A stretch of 21,007 nt of DNA, from positions 1 through 21,007 of the forward strand of contig JAEOUG010000175.1 of the NCBI GenBank assembly GCA_016839445.1. Direction: 5' to 3'. The notes under the pieces were generated by a model. That model did not search any database. It had not been told where the DNA came from and was given only the letters and a program-made list of their open reading frames with translations. Source of the DNA: Candidatus Thorarchaeota archaeon (GTDB taxonomy: Archaea; Asgardarchaeota; Thorarchaeia; Thorarchaeales; Thorarchaeaceae). A program made the position numbers and the translations under genes. This document shows positions 17,207 to 21,007 of the stretch, piece after piece (within the stretch, counting starts at the first letter, position 1; each line of letters opens with the position of its first letter).

Positions 17207-17761
17207 TCAGATTGCCTCTTGAAGGCTCTCCGATACTCGACCCTGCGAAGACAGGTATGCACGGAGTCTTGGGCCAACAAGCAGGGTTAGAACAGATCCC
17301 ACAGTGACCTGCAGGAGATTACCAGTTATGAGCTCCACCAGAGCCGGCCCGAAACCCTCAAGCAGGGTCTCAGCTATGAGATAACCCAGAAGCATCACTG
17401 CCGACCCAATGATCACGCCAATAACGTCCCACTTGCCAATCTTTTCCAAAGCCGAAGTACGTCTAGATAGATATCCTACTGCCAGTCCTTCCAGACCCTT
17501 GACAATGAGAGTTATCGGAGCAAAGCCAACATAGCCAAGTGATACGTCAGCTAGCATTGAACCTCCTCCGCCAGCTATGAAACCTCCTGCGGGCCCGAGG
17601 AGAATCCCGCTAATCATGACCATGATGTCACCAAAATTCAGATAGCCGCCGGTTGCAGGAATGGGGATTACGAGGACGACTGTGGCAATTGTAGTCAGTG
17701 CAGTGAGAATCGCCAGAAGAGAAATCCAAACCGTTTGGGTCGATGAACCTGAGCGCTCCAT
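17207..17761 (-). CDS. ECF transporter S component
   Basis: IPIPATGGYLNFGD, GGGSMLAD, APITLIVKGLEG. ATG 17761 follows GAGGT (track start 17797). Confidence 0.9.
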   Translation of the reverse strand: MERSGSSTQTVWISLLAILTALTTIATVVLVIPIPATGGYLNFGDIMVMISGILLGPAGGFIAGGGGSMLADVSLGYVGFAPITLIVKGLEGLAVGYLSRRTSALEKIGKWDVIGVIIGSAVMLLGYLIAETLLEGFGPALVELITGNLLQVTVGSVLTLLVGPRLRAYLSSQGRVSESLQEAI

Positions 17762-17940
17762 CTCTCTTAACCTCGCGAGATTGTGCGGGAGGCACATGTT
17801 CTCCAGTCAATGGTCGACATATAACATTGAGCATGGCATCAAGAGCAGCATCTACAAGACAACTGTTTTAACGGTCGAAATGCAAGTGGGGGCAGTGAGC
17901 AGTGACAGCTGCCACAATCTGACGAGAGAGGCAGGAACAA

Positions 17941-18330
17941 ATGTCAATGAAGTGGATTCAGACAGATGATTGGAAGAATGAGAAGCATGTCCCCGTAATC
18001 GAGGTCAAGGGACCAGTGAAGAAGGGTGAGCTTGTGAAGGTCAAGGTATCAGTGGGCAAGGAGATTCCTCATCCTAACACAACAGCGCACCATATCAAGT
18101 GGCTCGATCTCTTCTTCTGGCCTGACGGTGAGAAGTTCCCGGTGGAAATCGGTTACATGAGTTTCGACTCACACGGCGAGTCTGCAAAGGGCGCGGACAC
18201 AAGCACAATCTACACAGAGCCTCGGACGAAGTTCGTGTTCAAGACTGAGAAGTCAGGAACACTCATGGCAACAGCATACTGCAACATCCATGGACTCTGG
18301 AAGAGCGAAGAACAGCTCAAGATAGAGTAG
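17941..18330 (+). CDS. sor: 1Fe superoxide reductase (neelaredoxin / class II SORL)
   Basis: EKHVP, HPNTTAHHI.W, YCNIHGLW iron ligands. Confidence 0.93.
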   Translation: MSMKWIQTDDWKNEKHVPVIEVKGPVKKGELVKVKVSVGKEIPHPNTTAHHIKWLDLFFWPDGEKFPVEIGYMSFDSHGESAKGADTSTIYTEPRTKFVFKTEKSGTLMATAYCNIHGLWKSEEQLKIE

Positions 18331-18389
18331 GGCCCGCGATTGAGAGTCTGGCCTGTGGAATGCAGGCCAGTCGTGCTTTATTCACTAAT

Positions 18390-18620
18390 CTACTCTGCGA
18401 CCTCACTCAGGGAAGCGTTCCAGATAGTGCTACCATCAGTGATACCAGATGCCCTCATCCTTTTCCCAAGGCACCTCTCGAACTCGTCGGTGCCGTAGTC
18501 CGCGGAGACTGCGGCCCAAGGAAGAATGGCAGACAGTCTGTACTCACGGCCATCATCTGTGACGATAGCGTAGTTCCCTCCAGGCTTGGTCACCAGGCCC
18601 ACTACCTCAATGTCCTCCAC
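18390..18620 (-). CDS. Small beta-rich hypothetical protein (possible OB fold), 76 aa
   Basis: GTG start after GGAAGGTGG. Pattern EVVGLV...YAIVTDDGREYRL...GKRMRASG. Confidence 0.7.
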   Translation of the reverse strand: MEDIEVVGLVTKPGGNYAIVTDDGREYRLSAILPWAAVSADYGTDEFERCLGKRMRASGITDGSTIWNASLSEVAE

Positions 18621-18635
18621 AAGGCCACCTTCCGG

Positions 18636-18666
18636 GTAGTCACATGATGTGACTACTTGATGTGAC
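18636..18666. promoter_or_regulatory. Perfect palindrome plus extra half-site, probable operator
   Basis: GTAGTCACAT-G-ATGTGACTAC (18636-18656), with TGATGTGAC repeated at 18658-18666, in a divergent intergenic region. Confidence 0.6.
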
Positions 18667-18684
18667 CCTAAGTTGTGGCTCCGC

Positions 18685-18692
18685 TATATATA
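18685..18692 (+). promoter_or_regulatory. TATA box
   Basis: TATATATA ending 33 nt before ATG 18725. Confidence 0.55.
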
Positions 18693-18724
18693 CTGATTCT
18701 GAGTGGTGTATGTTGTGAACTATA

Positions 18725-18829
18725 ATGGCTCTAACAACTAACAACCCCTACACATCTGTGCTGAAGAACAAGACCGGCAAGACTCAGTCAACTGATGCTC
18801 TCGCCTACGCCTACCAGTATCGGAGGTAG
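18725..18829 (+). CDS. Micro-ORF A, 34 aa MALTTNNPYTSVLKNKTGKTQSTDALAYAYQYRR
   Basis: Downstream of a TATA box. Paralogous to ORF B. Confidence 0.65.
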   Translation: MALTTNNPYTSVLKNKTGKTQSTDALAYAYQYRR

Positions 18830-18835
18830 AAGATC

Positions 18836-18919
18836 ATGGCTCTAGCAAAGACAGAGAAGACAGCCCCAAGGAAGAGAATAACGACTGACGCAGTCACCTA
18901 CGCGTACTTCAGAAGGTGA
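18836..18919 (+). CDS. Micro-ORF B, 27 aa MALAKTEKTAPRKRITTDAVTYAYFRR
   Basis: SD GGAGGT at 18822-18827. Shares MAL and TDAxxYAY with ORF A, with synonymous codon differences. Confidence 0.65.
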   Translation: MALAKTEKTAPRKRITTDAVTYAYFRR

Positions 18920-18925
18920 TTCGTA

Positions 18926-19036
18926 GTGACCGGCAAGACTCACTCTCATTCGCGGACTGCCCCTAGCTCATCTGATGACGTGGCAAAACGTCGTCGCATA
19001 ACCAATGAAGAAGTGCTCATGCTTGAGGCAACCTGA
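18926..19036 (+). CDS. Micro-ORF C, 36 aa MTGKTHSHSRTAPSSSDDVAKRRRITNEEVLMLEAT
   Basis: GTG 6 nt after AGGTGA. Shares TGKT with A and TAP...R.RIT with B. Confidence 0.5.
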   Translation: MTGKTHSHSRTAPSSSDDVAKRRRITNEEVLMLEAT

Positions 19037-19040
19037 GCAC

Positions 19041-19055
19041 TTCTACTTCTTTTCT
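19041..19055 (+). terminator. Pyrimidine/T-rich archaeal-type terminator
   Basis: TTCTACTTCTTTTCT immediately after micro-ORF C. Confidence 0.45.
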
Positions 19056-19082
19056 GCTGTAGATCGACAATCCACGCAAGGA

Positions 19083-19682
19083 TCAATCATTCTTGATGAT
19101 CCAGCTAATCAGACCCGCTGTCATAGCGTTCTCTCTTACGAACTCATCCCGGTACCAGTCGTTCTCGAAGAGGAACAGGACATTCTGTATCCCTGCGTCA
19201 AATCCCACTAGACGCACTGCTCGCTCCAAGGCATTTGGCCTGAATGCGAAGTAGCTGGCAATCATGCAGGCTGCGAAGAAGATAGTGAACCCAATCGGGA
19301 TGAATCCAATTGGCTTTCCTCGCCATAGAGCATCGCCCACGAAAATCAGAGCAAAGAACATGAAGGCCATAGCGAAGCCATCAATCACGATACAGAATGT
19401 GCGGTACCGCTCGTGGCCGGCATCTAGGAACTGATGGTCGTCGCATACGTAGATGGGCAGTATCTTCGCGGGGGCTGAAGTTGACTGCATGCTCCTTCTG
19501 GCATACCTGCTGTAGTACGGGTCCCACGATCGGACAAGATACTCCTTTCGTCCAGAAACAACCTGTATCTTTGCCGTGTGAGATGCAGTCTTTCCGCAGA
19601 CCGGACAGACCCTAGGGAACCTGATCCGGGCAGTCTCTACCCGAACCACAGGTTTGCGGAAGTACTCTTTCTTCTGGCCCAT
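19083..19682 (-). CDS. Hypothetical membrane protein with a Zn-binding motif (CPVC...CDDH) and two TM helices, 199 aa
   Basis: ATG 19682 follows GGAGGT (track start 19784 would overlap the GNAT start). FPRVCPVCG, YVCDDH, two hydrophobic segments. Confidence 0.8.
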   Translation of the reverse strand: MGQKKEYFRKPVVRVETARIRFPRVCPVCGKTASHTAKIQVVSGRKEYLVRSWDPYYSRYARRSMQSTSAPAKILPIYVCDDHQFLDAGHERYRTFCIVIDGFAMAFMFFALIFVGDALWRGKPIGFIPIGFTIFFAACMIASYFAFRPNALERAVRLVGFDAGIQNVLFLFENDWYRDEFVRENAMTAGLISWIIKND

Positions 19683-19782
19683 TGATACCTCCCTGCAAGT
19701 CAAGCTCAGTCCGTGAAGTAAAATGTCTATCGAAGTAAGCCATGGGCCAGCTTTATGTGAACGCCCGGCTGTTTCTGCATCC

Positions 19783-20352
19783 ATGTACTACGGGGAGAAG
19801 GTGCACCTCCGGGCGCTGGAGATGGAGGATCTTGATACCGTTCTGTCCGGATGGAACAACCTAGATCTCAGGCGTCATCTAGTGACACCACTACCAGTTT
19901 CCAGACCGGCCGAACGACAGTGGCTCGAACGGGCGACAATGATGCATCCATTCAGAGATGGAGGAATCGTTCTGGCCATTGAGGACAAGGACTCCTCGGA
20001 GTTCCTAGGTACGACAAGCCTGATGGGCATCGCCAAGCAGCACTCTAGAGCAGAGTTCGGGATTGCCATACACAGGGAGTCCGACAGAGAGAGGGGGTAT
20101 GGTACCGACGCAACAAGGGTAATGCTCTGGGTTGCATTCAACATTCTTGGCCTCAACTCAGTGCACCTAAGGACCTTGGCCAGAAATGAGAGAGCTCAGA
20201 GAGCATATGAGAAGGCCGGATTCCGTTTCGTCGGGAGATACAGAGATGCTGCCTTTGTGATGGGAGAATTCCAAGATGTCGTCACCATGGATTGTCTCAA
20301 GAGAGATTTCTTCGAAACCCTTCCTCCCGGAAAACCAGTCGGAACAACATAG
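19783..20352 (+). CDS. GNAT N-acetyltransferase, RimJ/RimL/SpeG-like
   Basis: GEKVHLRALE, AEFGIAI, RGYGT, N.RA.RAYEKAGF. Start assigned to ATG 19783. Confidence 0.9.
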   Translation: MYYGEKVHLRALEMEDLDTVLSGWNNLDLRRHLVTPLPVSRPAERQWLERATMMHPFRDGGIVLAIEDKDSSEFLGTTSLMGIAKQHSRAEFGIAIHRESDRERGYGTDATRVMLWVAFNILGLNSVHLRTLARNERAQRAYEKAGFRFVGRYRDAAFVMGEFQDVVTMDCLKRDFFETLPPGKPVGTT

Positions 20353-20472
20353 TCCAGCGAAACAGGTAAAGGCAGGATGTCCTCGCCAAGCGTAACAACC
20401 AAAAGCAGGGCTTTGGGAAGACAGCGCATCCCATTGGGAAAGCGCTAGTACCGGTAAGAAGGAGAGCAGAGA

Positions 20473-21007
20473 ATGACTGATTCAGACCTACGAGAGCGAG
20501 CGATCAACACCATCCGATTCCTGTCAGCAGACGCTATCCAGAAGGCGAACTCAGGCCATCCGGGTATGCCAATGGGTGCCGCCGCAATGGCCTACTCTCT
20601 GTGGACACGTCACCTTCGGTTTAGTCCGCAGAATCCGGGATGGTATGATAGAGACCGATTTGTGCTATCTGGAGGTCACGGATCAATGCTCCTCTATTCA
20701 CTGCTACACTTGACTGGATATGACCTCACCCTTGATGACATCAAGGACTTCAGACAGCTGGGCAGTAAGACACCAGGGCACCCTGAGAGTCACATGACTT
20801 CGGGTGTCGAGGTGACTACTGGGCCCCTAGGACAAGGTCTTGGGAATGCTGTAGGAATGGCGATAGCAGAGGCACACCTAGCGGCAACATTCAACCGGCC
20901 GGGCCACGAGATTGTAGACCATTATACGTACGCCATTGTGACTGACGGAGACCTGATGGAGGGAATCTCAAGCGAGGCAGCAAGTCTTGCAGGTCACCTC
21001 AGACTAG
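20473..21007 (+). CDS. tkt: Transketolase, N-terminal part (runs off window end)
   Basis: Manual translation: [35 protein letters not shown]...[17 protein letters not shown]...TPGHPE...TTGPLGQG...[19 protein letters not shown]. Confidence 0.96.
   Translation, partial: MTDSDLRERAINTIRFLSADAIQKANSGHPGMPMGAAAMAYSLWTRHLRFSPQNPGWYDRDRFVLSGGHGSMLLYSLLHLTGYDLTLDDIKDFRQLGSKTPGHPESHMTSGVEVTTGPLGQGLGNAVGMAIAEAHLAATFNRPGHEIVDHYTYAIVTDGDLMEGISSEAASLAGHLRL

Noticed and set aside
18772-18942. 15-nt direct repeat considered as a CRISPR repeat or insertion target-site duplication
   Set aside because: Only two copies, no cas or transposase gene; explained by paralogy of micro-ORFs A and C.
20399-20446. Short inverted repeats upstream of tkt, considered as a TPP riboswitch
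   Set aside because: The conserved TPP-riboswitch core (CUGAGA) is absent and the stems are short.

Overview
Gene-dense archaeal window. Gene content (AfpA flavoprotein, Mer-like LLM oxidoreductases, minimal SufC/SufB pair, GGAGGTGA-type Shine-Dalgarno sites) suggests an anaerobic archaeon, plausibly Asgard/Thorarchaeia; this is an inference. Recognisable genes: partial uridine/nucleoside phosphorylase, a MIG-type mismatch glycosylase, afpA, two LLM oxidoreductases, an MFS transporter, nth, a GT4 glycosyltransferase, serS, sufB/sufC, a C_GCAxxG_C_C protein, a ferritin/rubrerythrin-like protein, an ECF S component, superoxide reductase, a GNAT and a partial bacterial-type transketolase. The most unusual content lies in two 'intergenic' gaps below the ORF-track size cut-off. 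(1) 6969-7795: an array of small SD-preceded ORFs, two ending in the same motif [E/D]DPTP[F/W]-stop. It is divergent from two paralogous tandem-Lrp/AsnC-like regulators and followed by an MFS transporter, making it a candidate peptide signalling or RiPP-like system. (2) 18725-19036: three coupled, paralogous basic micro-ORFs (two read MAL...TDAxxYAY(x)xRR) behind a TATA box and a perfect 10-1-10 palindrome. No rRNA, tRNA, CRISPR or mobile element was seen.
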